DNA from: Cyanidioschyzon merolae
Taxonomy: Eukaryota
Length of the DNA: 64,000 nucleotides
Direction: 5' to 3' (one strand)
Assembly: GCA_000091205.1 (NCBI GenBank)
Contig: AP006501.2
Position numbers and translations under genes: made by a program. Within the stretch, counting starts at the first letter, position 1, and each line of letters begins with the position of its first letter. Of the stretch, positions 43,762 through 55,000 are shown piece after piece. Under the pieces are notes generated by a model. It was given only the letters and a program-made list of their open reading frames with translations. It had not been told where the DNA came from and did not search any database.

Positions 43762-45362
43762 TGAGTTCGGGGTTTCCCTGCAGCCATAACTTGACTGTTT
43801 CTCGTGAAGGTCTCAACAAGCGCAACGCCCTTCAAGTCTGGATTGGAGGAGCCGCGAATGATAGAGCCTTGGCATGATCAGAGTGACCACTAGGCCCGAA
43901 ACCCTTGGCGGAATGAAATTGAGTGGATCGTCTGGCTCGGGTGTACACTCTTAAGTTTGGGTCGTTCCGATTGTCATTAACACAAGCACTTTTGGGCTTT
44001 TTTGTGACTGCTTCCTTTTCTTCTCTCTCATCTTCCTCTCTAGATACGCCGATCACTCCTTTCTCTCCAGCTTTGTAGTCAGCAACAGAAGGGTATTACT
44101 GATATCATTCAGGTGCTTGGTTCGCTTCTTGCGGATGTTGTCGACCCGTGTCATACACGAGCGTGAGCTGCGAACTACCCGGTGATTCCCACTTTGCATC
44201 TTCTCAGAATGCAGCCTTGGTGCTAACTTCGCAGCGGTGACACTTGACTGTGGTCGAATATTCCCATAGGTCCACAATACCTCCTCCAATTCCGAGGGTC
44301 AATATGTGCCCCGTGGAGGCTTGTCTCATTGCATCGTTCATGTCCTGGACGGGTTTAGAAGCCACGCCTCGATTCCCTCTCTCCGTTCCTGTGCCTCTTG
44401 TCGTGCACTGAGTTCATGAAGTTTCCTGCCAGTGGTTCCCTTGGCGAGTGCTCTGTCGGCTGCACGTGTCAGCGCTTGCTGTTCAAATCCACAAACGTAT
44501 GTGGAACGAGATGTTTTCCATAATGAAACACGTATCCGAAGAAAACGATTGGCCACAAATCAAATGCAGAGATTTGGACCCATCCACGCATAGCTCATGC
44601 GACGCTGTGACGCACTCTCTACTGGAAATGAACGGTTTTATGACTGAAATCCGACTGCAAGGCCTCTCTCCATGCAAAACAGAAGACATGCGAGCACAAG
44701 GGAGAATATCCCATGAGCGGTATCACGCAGGTGTCGAACGTCGCATCGTGGCGGGCCACAAAGAGATGGGGATATCCGATAGGGACAGGATCGATTATTT
44801 GAGGTGACAATTTGGGTGGACTTCTGTCATGCGTTTGTGAATGAGCTGCCAAGGGATGACGCTGCGTTTTCTCCTTGTCAATGCACCGGTACGAGTTTAT
44901 GCGCCCTGGAGCTGCTTTGCACCAGAAAGATCATAAATTTTGAGAATGCGTGATTTGAGCGCGCGACACGTGAGAGAAGGTGAGACTTAGGGACGTGTGC
45001 GTGCAAATAGGAAAACAATATCATATGCTATTTGACGCACCCTAGCTCGAGGGCGTCGCGAATAGACTTGATTTCGGTGACGCAAAGAATTCCGAGATTA
45101 AAGTTTTGGAGACACTATGCGGATCCGAATGCGAAGAAGACCTAGAGTAGGACTGAATCCGTATGCCACCGTTACTGCACACTGAACGTCGAGGCTGTCA
45201 TTCTAAACCTAGTTCGAAAAAAATTTTAAGGCAGAATGAGGGCAAGCATTTCAATGTCCCATTTTTACCCGACACGGACACTGGCTATGCGCCGTTCTGT
45301 ATCCTGGAGTACCTATTCGAACCATGAACCTCTTGGTGGACTAAAGTGCTCTCTAGAGCGTA

Positions 45363-47900
45363 ATGGGGGACCTTTCGCTGGGATTTGAGAAGTCCTGCGT
45401 TGAAATCGAACAAAAGCTGGTCGGTTGCCGCCGAGCTGGGTACCACGCTCTAGACTGTATTCGGTTGAAGTGCAGTTCCGAAGGTGCTGCTGTCACACAA
45501 TCGTTGCTTGCTTTCAGCAACGATCGAGCAGTTTACGTCACGAACCTGACAGGAATTAGGTACTCACTCGTTAGCCACGAAGGCATCGTAAACTGTCTGC
45601 GTTGGCAGCGACTCGGAGGTCAGGGCAACCTTTACGGCACGGGAGTACTCGTGAGTGGCGACGCAGCCGGCGCTCTGTGCGTTTGGCGCCCGCAGGGCTT
45701 GATTCATCGTTTCGACCTGGCGAAGCTATTCTCAACGACAGATTCTGCGACGGATCACTCACTCTTTTCGATTGTTTGTTTAGCAGTTCCGCCTGGTGCC
45801 GGCGAAGTGGCAACTGTTGGTACGAGCGGGCCGCTCTTCAGTTGTACTTCTGGTGGCTATCTTTATGCATTTGAGTATGCGAACACGGCATCGGCAGTAC
45901 AACTTACAGCCTTGCCTGAGAGTGTAGACTGCTTGCCTTTGGGTTCTGGAGCGATACGATCGGAGCAATCTTTTGATGGATGCTATCTCGTGTTTGTTGG
46001 CAATACCATAGGTACCATTGAAGGTTTTTTGTATAACAGCAAGCACCAAACATTCGCAAGAACAACAACAATCGAAGGACATGCAGACTGTATTCGAGAC
46101 GTGGCGCTGCACGTGATGGACATCCGAAATCAATGCGCCGATCAACTGCAAAATCGACGGAATGCTACTGGGCACGTCTTACTCGCGTCTGCGAGTCAAG
46201 ACGGCACAGCTCGCTTGTGGCTCGTCGCGTCGAGCACGCATCAGGGACATTTGGATTTAATAGATGACCCGGAGTGCCTTACGGTGCTCTATGATCATCA
46301 GTCAGCTGTTACCACTGTGAAATTTATCCGGGGCTCGTGTTGTGCAGACGAGAGGCCTCGTTTGTTGACGGCAGCCTTTGACCGCACCGTGAAGCTCTGG
46401 GAGCTGAGTGGGGATTCAGCGCCAAGGATTCAGCGTGTTGCAGAGATGGGTGTTATCGGTGAGCAAAGCTCCTTCCATGGGTTCTACAGCGCCGCCTACG
46501 GGGAATGGGATGACGGTCAAAGCGTTGTTTTCGCAACAACCTACACTGGTGCCGTCTTCCAGTGGCGGAATGCATCATCTCAGAATCTGTGGCGTAACGA
46601 TGAGCCGTGCATTAGGGGGCACAACCTGGGCGTTACTGATTTGGACTGGTGCCCCCCTGATGGCTTGATGCTCGTCACCGTTTCGCGGGATATGACGTGC
46701 AGACTCTTTGCTAAGGCGCAGGTCACCACTGCGTATCAGTGGGTGGAATTAGCACGCCCTCAGGTGCACGGTCACGAAATTTTCGCTGTTCGCTTTGTCG
46801 GAAAAAGTGGGCTGAAACTAGCATCTGCTGCAGAAGAAAAAGCGGTGCGTTTGTTTGATGCTCCCCAGCAGTTTGTCGAGGAATTATCTGGTATATTGCA
46901 AACAACGAGGCCGGAGGCCTGTTCTGACGGAAAGCCGCGTCCCGTTCGAGCGTCCCGCATCGCGCTTTCCCTTACGAACCAACCTGAGTATGAAGCATCA
47001 GAATCAAACGAGGGTGAGGAGATTCATAGGGACCTGAGCCCCAGCGCCGGACGACTCGGAAGGTTCCCTGCATCGGGCGCTTCGCCTCGAACGGAGGCGA
47101 CACTTCAGCAAGACACTCTATGGCCAGAGTGCGAGCAACTATTTGCTCATCCAAACAATGTTCAGCGGTTGGATTCCATCGAGCAACAGGACGGCTCTTT
47201 CATCCTAGCCTCTGCCTGTGTCGCACAATCTATGCGGGAATCCGCTATTCAGCTGTGGGAGATTCAAGATGCGGCTGTTGAACTCCATGATCTTCGTTGC
47301 CATGATCTGACCGTGACGGACCTTCGTTTCGCGTATAGGATCGTAGGAAAAACCCGACGGAACCTCCTGCTGTCCGTGGCGAGGGATCGCTCGTGGATTG
47401 TGTGGAATGTGCATTCCCGAGAGGTTATCTCGCGGAGAAAGAATGCACATGCGCGAATGATCCTCACATGCGCTTGGGTGGATCCCCAACAAGGGCTTTT
47501 CGCCACTGGTGGACGGGACAAGTGCATTCACTTGTGGCAAGTTTCGAATTTCGATGCTCCAGAAGCAGAATCCTTGGCAGAGCCTCTTCAGTCGTGGCGT
47601 CTGCACAGTGCCGTCACGGCGATGGATGTGTTCAGTGACAGGCCGGATCGCGCCATCGTCCTCGCTGGCCTTGAGTCCGGAGCTCTTCACGGTTTCAGCG
47701 TGAGCACGGTGGCGCCTTACTGCTCGAAAGCGCTCCAGATGTCTGAAAACGTCCGACACGTTCGAGCGGTAAGTCGAATTCGTTTTCGACCCCGATCGAG
47801 AGGTGTGTTTGCGTCCTGCAGTGAAGATGGTAGCGTGATGATAGCGCGTATACTCACTACGGAAAAGAACGAGGTTGCTGACACCGTTTCTACTTTCTAA
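45363..47900 (+). CDS. ELP2: Elongator complex protein 2 (ELP2), WD40 repeat protein
   Basis: 845 aa with multiple WD repeats (LASASQDGTARLW, LTAAFDRTVKLWEL, GGRDKCIHLWQV, SCSEDGSVMIARI). Collinear ELP2-specific stretches: TCRLFAKAQ..WVELARPQVHGHEIFAV…ASAAEEKAVRLFDAPQQFVEEL (ELP2: TTRLFAPW…EIARPQIHGYDL…[22 protein letters not shown]) and DTLWPECEQLF (NTLWPEVQKLY). Confidence 0.8.
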   Translation: MGDLSLGFEKSCVEIEQKLVGCRRAGYHALDCIRLKCSSEGAAVTQSLLAFSNDRAVYVTNLTGIRYSLVSHEGIVNCLRWQRLGGQGNLYGTGVLVSGDAAGALCVWRPQGLIHRFDLAKLFSTTDSATDHSLFSIVCLAVPPGAGEVATVGTSGPLFSCTSGGYLYAFEYANTASAVQLTALPESVDCLPLGSGAIRSEQSFDGCYLVFVGNTIGTIEGFLYNSKHQTFARTTTIEGHADCIRDVALHVMDIRNQCADQLQNRRNATGHVLLASASQDGTARLWLVASSTHQGHLDLIDDPECLTVLYDHQSAVTTVKFIRGSCCADERPRLLTAAFDRTVKLWELSGDSAPRIQRVAEMGVIGEQSSFHGFYSAAYGEWDDGQSVVFATTYTGAVFQWRNASSQNLWRNDEPCIRGHNLGVTDLDWCPPDGLMLVTVSRDMTCRLFAKAQVTTAYQWVELARPQVHGHEIFAVRFVGKSGLKLASAAEEKAVRLFDAPQQFVEELSGILQTTRPEACSDGKPRPVRASRIALSLTNQPEYEASESNEGEEIHRDLSPSAGRLGRFPASGASPRTEATLQQDTLWPECEQLFAHPNNVQRLDSIEQQDGSFILASACVAQSMRESAIQLWEIQDAAVELHDLRCHDLTVTDLRFAYRIVGKTRRNLLLSVARDRSWIVWNVHSREVISRRKNAHARMILTCAWVDPQQGLFATGGRDKCIHLWQVSNFDAPEAESLAEPLQSWRLHSAVTAMDVFSDRPDRAIVLAGLESGALHGFSVSTVAPYCSKALQMSENVRHVRAVSRIRFRPRSRGVFASCSEDGSVMIARILTTEKNEVADTVSTF

Positions 47901-48300
47901 CTGTTGTACCGTGGCGAAACAACTTGCTGCTATTATGCGTTTAGGTAATATGCACGAAATCATTCTTTCTTGACATCGCGGATTCGATAATCAGGCACCC
48001 GGTACCCGATCCATTCTGAAGCAGGGACGATGCAGTATCGAACCAGAATCAACTGGAGTGTGACTGCCAGAAGGCTCGTGTGCGAAAAACTGCCACCAGC
48101 GTGCGCGCCGAATGCCCACGACGTATGCGGGTCTGTCTAGTCCCGCCTGCCAACGCAACCCGACATGGCCTCCGTACGCTTGAAGGTACCCAATGTGCCG
48201 CTATCTGGAGTGCGCTGCTCCCTATAACCATGTCTCTTTTCATCAAGCGCGAGATCTCAATCAAATACTCTTCCCGCACAACTCCCCCCGCGACAGCCGC

Positions 48301-51300
48301 TCACTCATCCTCGTTGTCGGCGTCTTCCACCTCATGTTCAAGAAGACTACCGGCCATAGACAAGATCTCTACCTCGCCTGACTTGAGCCGTGCTAGAGTC
48401 TGGGCATATGACGACATGGCATGGGTCTCGTTGCCGCCAAGATGGTCTCGTACCCGACAGGTCTCAAGAACGTCCTCGAATGCAAGCAAACGCGTTCGCA
48501 ATCGTTCAATCTGATACTTGTCTTGCACAAGGATTTCAAAGAATAGTATCGCAGTATCTCTGGATATGCGGCTGGATGATCCCACAATCGAGATGCCCTC
48601 ACTCGAGATCGTACCTGCAATCCGTGACAGTAGACCAGGGCCATCGCGCGCCATCAGCGCGAGGCGCACTGGATAGCGTGAACGCGGCGCGCACCAGCGC
48701 ACGCTCACGCATGCCTCGGGATCACCGCGGAGGCTCGCGAGGCAGCGCACGCAGCGGAGGCGATGGACTTCAAAGGCGGCGGGTACTCCGTGGCTTGCCG
48801 GCCGAATTCGGATCGCAACAATACGATCGCCTGGTACGGGATTGCAGCAGCACGCAGCGAAACACTCTGGGTGAATGTCCTCACACGCTTCAGCTGCATT
48901 ACTTGCACCACTGGACAAGGTTCGACTTGAAGACGAATCCGTTCCAGGTTGACGCTCACGTTCAGGAAGTGAGCGTTCTAGGTATCGCTCAGCGTCCTTT
49001 TCTGGAAATTCGGCTGCTTCGAGGGTCTGGTAATTGGCTGGCGGATCGCGAGCACTCGACCTCAAGTAAAGAGGACTTGTTTCCTCTTCCGCAAATGTTC
49101 CATCGATTTCTGTATCAGGGACGCCAGTGTCAGCTGCAGCGTGCACATCGTTGTTACTTGCTGCAGTTGTATGCAGCTCTTCAAGAGTGCGGATGCGATC
49201 TGGATCAATATCCCGACAAAAATGGCATAAAATTTTTGCGGCAGCTGTTAATCCTCCGAATCGATGCACATAAACGAGCAGATCTTCCAAACATCGGATT
49301 TCAAGGGCTCGGGCCGGTGCGCAAACTTTCGGCACCAGTATAGGGAGGGCTGATTCCAAGACCAAGTCATTTGGAATCTCGTTCTCGTCCACACAAAGAT
49401 GCCGCGCTGCTGCTTGAAGAAGCTCTCTACCTCGCTCGCATGCCTCCTTCACTTCACGAGATCGAAGGAATCGGCGAATCTTCTGCTTGGCAGTGCGTGA
49501 ACGCGCGTAACGAAGCCACTCGCGGCTAGGCCCAGGTGCAGCCGGCGATGTAATGATTTTGATGCTATCCGCATTGCTGAGCTCGTAATCGAGCGGCACA
49601 AACCGGCCGGCTACACGAGCCCCGATCATTTGATTTCCTACGTCTGAGTGAATATGGTAGGCAGCATCTACGACAGTAGAGCCTTTCGGAAGATCCAAAA
49701 TGTAATTTTTCGGCGTGAATACGTAGACTCGATTCCCCAGGAGATCCTTCTGAACCGCATCAACACAGTCCTTGGAGTTCCCCGAATATTCCTTGCAGTA
49801 CTCCAGAATGTTGCGGAGCCAGTCTTCTGAGTGTTTTTGCCAGTGGTTTTGCGGTGAATGCAGCGTCCCATTTCCTGCCGCTTGTTGTCCACTTCGGAGC
49901 CTCGTTTCTGGCCAGAATTCCATAGCAATACCATATTCTGCTTGAACGTGCATGCTATCTGTGAAGATCTGCACCTCCACGGGGTGGAATCCACCCTTCG
50001 GACCCAGAAGCACCAGCGTGTGTAAACTCTGGTAGCCATTCGGTTTCGGATACGCAACAAAATCCTTCACATGCCCTGGAAATGGTCGGAAAAGCGAATG
50101 TACACGCCCCAGGATATGATAGCAGATATTTCTACCGAATGAAGGATCATAGTGCTCCTCGCTGAGTCCGACAATAATTTGCACAGTAGCGAGGTCATGG
50201 ATATTTTCCAGCCGTGCACCCTGCAAAATTCTTTGGTAGATGGAGAACAGATTTTTGAGAGCTACCTTCGTGCAGATCTCCCGCACCAAGGGTTTCAAGA
50301 TAGAGTCGTTCTCCAGAGAATCCACTAGAGCGTCCGCCGCGTGAGCCAGATTCATCTCAAGGTTCGTGCGATCTTTGTATATTCGCACTTGTTCGGAAAG
50401 TAGGCCATACTCTTTTGGATGCAAAAAGCGGAACGATAAGTCTTCCAACTCGGACGCTATTCGAGCCAGCCCGAGACGATGTGCGAGCGGCACAAATATC
50501 CCCAAGGTCTCCTGCGCGATGCTCTGCTGCTTGAGTGGTGGCATATGCTCCAAAGTTCGCATATTATGGAGTCGATCTGCCAGCTTCACGACTATAACCC
50601 GAATATCCTCCGCCATAGAGACAAACATGCGACGGATATACTCTGCCTGTTGCTCCTCTTTGCTGGATTTCCGAAAGTTCGGAGCTGCTCCGTTCGGCGA
50701 GTGCTCGGTCACAGTGCCGTTCGCGACTGTAGCCCTAATCTCGAAGTTCTGGTCAAGAGTTGAGGCGTCTATTTCTTCGCCTCCAGCCAGGTCATGATCG
50801 AGCCGTAAGCCCTTGAACTTGCTCCGAACTGCTGCAGCTGCGGCAGTTGCTGCCGCGGCTGCCGCTGATGCCGCTGCAGCAATCATGGAGACCGGAGCCA
50901 TGAGTGCACCATTGGCACCGCTAACAGCGTTGCTCGGTTTCATCTTTCTGGCTATTTTGGAGACTTTGGTTTCCGATTCAACAATATTTCGAACAACATG
51001 GCCAAAAAGACTTTCAACAGCATCAAGAGTGAGGTCTGTGTCCTCGACGGTATCGTGTAAGAGCCCAGCGATGAGTGTGTCAACGTCCATCCGAAGTTCC
51101 GCGAGAAGAAGAGCAACTGCGACGGGATGTGTGATGAAGGGCTCACCAGACCGACGAAGCTGCCCACTGTGCGCCGCAAATGCCACTTCGAGGGCACGGT
51201 GCAGACTCTCTATGGCCTCCTTGTCAAGGTAGTTCGCCTTTTCCCGTAAGCTGTGGAAAGACTGTGTAAACAACTCCCTCTCCGCGTGTGTAAGCGTCCG

Positions 51301-51540
51301 AGGCTTGCTCTCTGGAGAAACACCATCTAAGCTGCCTTTCGTGATCTGAAAGTCACTACCCGAGAGCAACAGGTCCTTCAAGACTTTTCGACAACGGGGA
51401 CGACGAATAGTTGGTCTCTCGAAGCGTCTTTGATTCGGAGACCAAAAGAGCGTCTTCGTTGTACTCAGATTGGTTGCGTAATTGTTGCTCTCGCGATAGC
51501 TCCTGGGAGCGTACACTGAAATGAAAGAAGGGCACTCCAT
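48301..51540 (-). CDS. RelA/SpoT homologue (RSH) (p)ppGpp synthetase/hydrolase, plant/algal-type
   Basis: 1079 aa. HD hydrolase motif (FITHPVAVALLLAELRMD…LLHDTVEDTDLT). Synthetase domain (VHSLFRPFPGHVKDFVAYPKPNGYQSLHTLVLLGPKGGFHPVEVQIFTDSMHVQAEYGIAMEFW). TGS domain (VYVFTPKNYILDLPKGSTVVDAAYHIHSDVGNQMIGARV) and a C-terminal ACT-like region. An alanine tract interrupts the linker. Confidence 0.9.
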   Translation of the reverse strand: MECPSFISVYAPRSYRESNNYATNLSTTKTLFWSPNQRRFERPTIRRPRCRKVLKDLLLSGSDFQITKGSLDGVSPESKPRTLTHAERELFTQSFHSLREKANYLDKEAIESLHRALEVAFAAHSGQLRRSGEPFITHPVAVALLLAELRMDVDTLIAGLLHDTVEDTDLTLDAVESLFGHVVRNIVESETKVSKIARKMKPSNAVSGANGALMAPVSMIAAAASAAAAAATAAAAAVRSKFKGLRLDHDLAGGEEIDASTLDQNFEIRATVANGTVTEHSPNGAAPNFRKSSKEEQQAEYIRRMFVSMAEDIRVIVVKLADRLHNMRTLEHMPPLKQQSIAQETLGIFVPLAHRLGLARIASELEDLSFRFLHPKEYGLLSEQVRIYKDRTNLEMNLAHAADALVDSLENDSILKPLVREICTKVALKNLFSIYQRILQGARLENIHDLATVQIIVGLSEEHYDPSFGRNICYHILGRVHSLFRPFPGHVKDFVAYPKPNGYQSLHTLVLLGPKGGFHPVEVQIFTDSMHVQAEYGIAMEFWPETRLRSGQQAAGNGTLHSPQNHWQKHSEDWLRNILEYCKEYSGNSKDCVDAVQKDLLGNRVYVFTPKNYILDLPKGSTVVDAAYHIHSDVGNQMIGARVAGRFVPLDYELSNADSIKIITSPAAPGPSREWLRYARSRTAKQKIRRFLRSREVKEACERGRELLQAAARHLCVDENEIPNDLVLESALPILVPKVCAPARALEIRCLEDLLVYVHRFGGLTAAAKILCHFCRDIDPDRIRTLEELHTTAASNNDVHAAADTGVPDTEIDGTFAEEETSPLYLRSSARDPPANYQTLEAAEFPEKDAERYLERSLPERERQPGTDSSSSRTLSSGASNAAEACEDIHPECFAACCCNPVPGDRIVAIRIRPASHGVPAAFEVHRLRCVRCLASLRGDPEACVSVRWCAPRSRYPVRLALMARDGPGLLSRIAGTISSEGISIVGSSSRISRDTAILFFEILVQDKYQIERLRTRLLAFEDVLETCRVRDHLGGNETHAMSSYAQTLARLKSGEVEILSMAGSLLEHEVEDADNEDE
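50800..50900 (-). repeat. GCN-codon (poly-alanine) simple repeat within the RSH coding sequence
   Basis: gctgcagctgcggcagttgctgccgcggctgccgctgatgccgctgcagc encodes AAASAAAAAATAAAAAV in the RSH frame. Confidence 0.8.
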
Positions 51541-51760
51541 AACTCAGGCCAGCAGCCCTGTCGAGAGCCAAACGTCAGGTCTTCCCAAGCACAGCCTGTC
51601 CCAGAGGTAGCGTCCTCCAAAGGAGAACAACAGTTGGATTCGAGCTCCGTCCGAGACCGATTAACTCTCTAGATTGTACATACCGCTGCGAACGGCGCTA
51701 TCATGGATTCCGTCACGCGCGTCTGGGCCGCGATGGAAGCGAATTTCGCGAGGGCGCGAT

Positions 51761-52031
51761 TTTTCTTTAATCATTGACGAAATGTTTACCTGGGCCAGCG
51801 TTCTCCGATTATGCGCATTTTTCTTTTCTTACTTTTTTTGTGTTATTTTTCAGTGCGCGGTGAAGTATCCACCAAATGCCCTACCTCCAAGTTACATCAC
51901 CTATACTTATTCTCGGATATTCTGGTCGTTTCATACGTCCTATCGTGTGCCGAGCCTGCGGCATGCGACCGCAATGGCGCCAATAGCGCCGGTGCAGTCG
52001 CTGCACGGAGACAGAACGGCGTTGGCGAACT
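51761..52031 (-). mobile_element. 5'-truncated copy (271 bp) of the 3' end of the LINE at 13909-18981
   Basis: Collinear with 13909-14190 in the same orientation, at about 85-90% identity (ttttctttaatcattgacgaaatgtttacc…ggtgcagtcgctgcacggagacagaacggcgtt). Flanked by an exact 13-bp direct repeat gcgagggcgcgat at 51748-51760 and 52032-52044. Confidence 0.75.
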
Positions 52032-55000
52032 GCGAGGGCGCGATGGGGACTTCCTGTACTTCACCTCAACTGTATTCCATCCTATGTGAATGTTACCATA
52101 TGCTTTTTCGCAGTTTTATAGCATATGCGTTCGAATCGCGTACATTTGAAGGGACAAAAAAACCAAGGGACGCTATGGACATGGAATTCGGGGATCCTGG
52201 AGGCCCGGTGTCGCTGGCTGCCGGAGAAAAGGGAAAATAGTAACAAGCCCAGGGAACGGTAGAAGACGAAGAAGCAGAAGCAGAAGGCCAGACGTCAGAA
52301 GCGACTCGAAAAATGACGCAACTACGAGAATTTCGTGGAAGCCTTTCTTCGACGCAATATCAAGGATCCCTAAAAGCAAAAGAAGCAAGAGGCCAACAGA
52401 AACAGTGTCGCGTCCCACTTCATGAGTGTTTGTAACGCTTCCCTAGAAAAGATGCATTTTGTGAGGGACATGTACCACGACGTAGCGGATACCAAAACAG
52501 TCAAAGTTCCGGAAGAATTTTTCACGGTTACCTCCATCTGGCACCTGATGGCTGCCACAGGGGAAATGTCGGGGAGGAACGATCCAGTGCACGCCTTCTA
52601 CGAAAACTATCCCTTCTGCAGCATCAACGGTACTCGATGCAGGGCTGACTCGGGTATTTACACTTACGAGGCGATAGAGTATCTCACGAACCTGGGGAAC
52701 CAAACAATCGTAAACCACGAACGGTTCATCAAAGGCTGCATCTTTGCGCTCTACTCGGCCTGTCTCATAGGGTGGGTGACCATCATCGATAGCTCGACTA
52801 GAGATCGCCAGTATGAATAAGAGATCGAATTCTTCGACGAGGAGACATCACACAGGAGCACTACTGAAGGTTCTGTGATCCGTGCGGCTATTAAAGAGCA
52901 ACGTGGGGCCTCGAGGCTAGCGGATCAGCAGAAAACGTATCAGATATGAAAAAACATGAAAAGGAATTTTATCCCCTATCCTGCGCTATGTCGTATTTTT
53001 GAACAGAGAACTCGAGCGCAGGGCCAAAACGGAGCAGGGTGTGGAAGAAAATGAGGAGTCGATGGGGCGGCGGACTGCGCCTTTGGGGAAGCGCTTCAAA
53101 ATCGTACTGTTATGCAACATCAAGTCATATTTTGTGAAAATCGACCCCAGAGTCCTTTACGGCACACTGAAGGAGGTAAGTTCGGATTTCGATGTAAGCA
53201 ACTTGGAATTTACGGGCGAAAACCTGGAGACTCATTGGAAGCACATCTTCGATTTCAAACGTCTCAAAATGAGCAAGAAAAAGGTATTCAAGGAGATGAT
53301 CGAAAGCGATGGAGTATCCATACGCGTTGACTACAGGTGCTTGAAGGTGGATCGTCCTGTTTTGTCCTCGATATCGCGGGTGACGAAGCGTGACGAAATG
53401 AATGATGCGGACCCTACGACGTAGGAGGTGCAGGCGAAGGACCTCGTCGCCGGCGTGGACCGTGGGAACACGAATATCATGACCATTGCTGTTTCCATGC
53501 ATGGGAAAAATGCAAGGGCTCCCATCGCACAGGTGCAGCAAATGGAGAGCATAACCTCTGGACTTGTGACGACGCGGTTAACGACTTTTGCAATGAAACC
53601 CGCAGCGTATGGCACATTTACCTGAGCGGTTATACTCAGACCAGTGGATTTTGGAGTACATGTGCCAGCAACCCATTTTGTTATTGTTTCTTTTGCTCCC
53701 AGGCATTCAAAGAAAGCAATGGATCCCTTAGATTCGATAATTGTGGAGAAGAGACCTCAAACTGTCACTTTTAGCCTGCGAGCAATGATCTGACTCGTTC
53801 AATTCGGTCATTCTGCCATCAGCAGGTGGATGGATCACCTTTATCGTCGTCTTTGACTTGAACTTCGTGCATGAAAGGCAAAACTTAACAAACTCCCTCA
53901 CATAGACAGAATCGGCATCGATCCGTTCCACTCCATACACTCTCGCAGAAATTCTGCCGAAGAACCCAAATCGTGTGGAGTCCCCAGTCCTTTGATGCGA
54001 GGGATGATGAAGAGACACGAATGGACGAAGGAAAAAGCATGCTTCTTTGGGAGTTAATTGCGTGTTTGACGGGCCATTACCGACTCTGTACCGATGTAGA
54101 AGGCTTTTTCCAGAAGCGATATGTTTCGGCCTCTTACGATGAGACCTCTTTCGGAAGAAATGCGAAAGATGTTGATGAATACTTCACGAAGAAGGACAAC
54201 AAATGTTGTTCGTAATGAAGAGACAAGCTAGAATAATGACGACATCAGCCCATGCGCAGATTCCATCGAGTGGTAGTACGCAGGTCGCCAAACCTAGGGG
54301 ATCCCTCAGCAACCCATGCATCCTCGGGGCGCTATGTGGCACCTCCATTGTATATTTTTCTTGATTTGAGATGAAGTTGCTTTCCATAACTCTCTAGCGA
54401 TCAAGGAATAAGCAGCTGAGATAAGCGTTGAGCTGCCCTACATATCGGTCCATTCTTGCATGCAAAATCCGGTCGAGTGCGTCCTCTCGATTGCTATACG
54501 ATATTTTCTCGGCCTCGAATTCATAGACGAGACGTTTGCGTCCGTAACAAAGCAGTTCTTCGATAGATCCTTCTTCAACAAGTAATTCTCTACCTTAACC
54601 AGCTTTCAAATGCCCTGTGGCTCTTCCGATCTTTCGGACAAGGGTGTGCAAAAGCGCGCTCTGGCAGTGGAAGTGCCCGCGGCGAAGAAGATGCAAGAAG
54701 GTCACGGAGCATAGTAGAGACACATCTGCATTGTGGTTAGCGTCCGTCCCGCCGTCCTTCTAGTGTATCCAAGTCCCCGGGAGAATAAGATTACAAATAT
54801 AGCTACCGGATCTATGCTACTCTGCTAAGAAAAAGAAAAGGCGAGGAAGCAGAAGAACAAGCGACCAGACAGAGAAAGATACTGTCTGAAAGAAGAGGAG
54901 GAATAGGAAGGGATAACAGTAGGACACGGATTCAATCTTAGAATACCTTTAAGGTCTCTCTGCTAAAAATTGCCAAGAGGATATTTTTCCAATCGTTGAG

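Noticed and set aside
45280-45330. ggttcgaat on the minus strand, possibly a tRNA T-loop
   Set aside because: The flanking bases do not form a T-stem or an acceptor stem, and there is no anticodon-arm candidate. It is a chance match.
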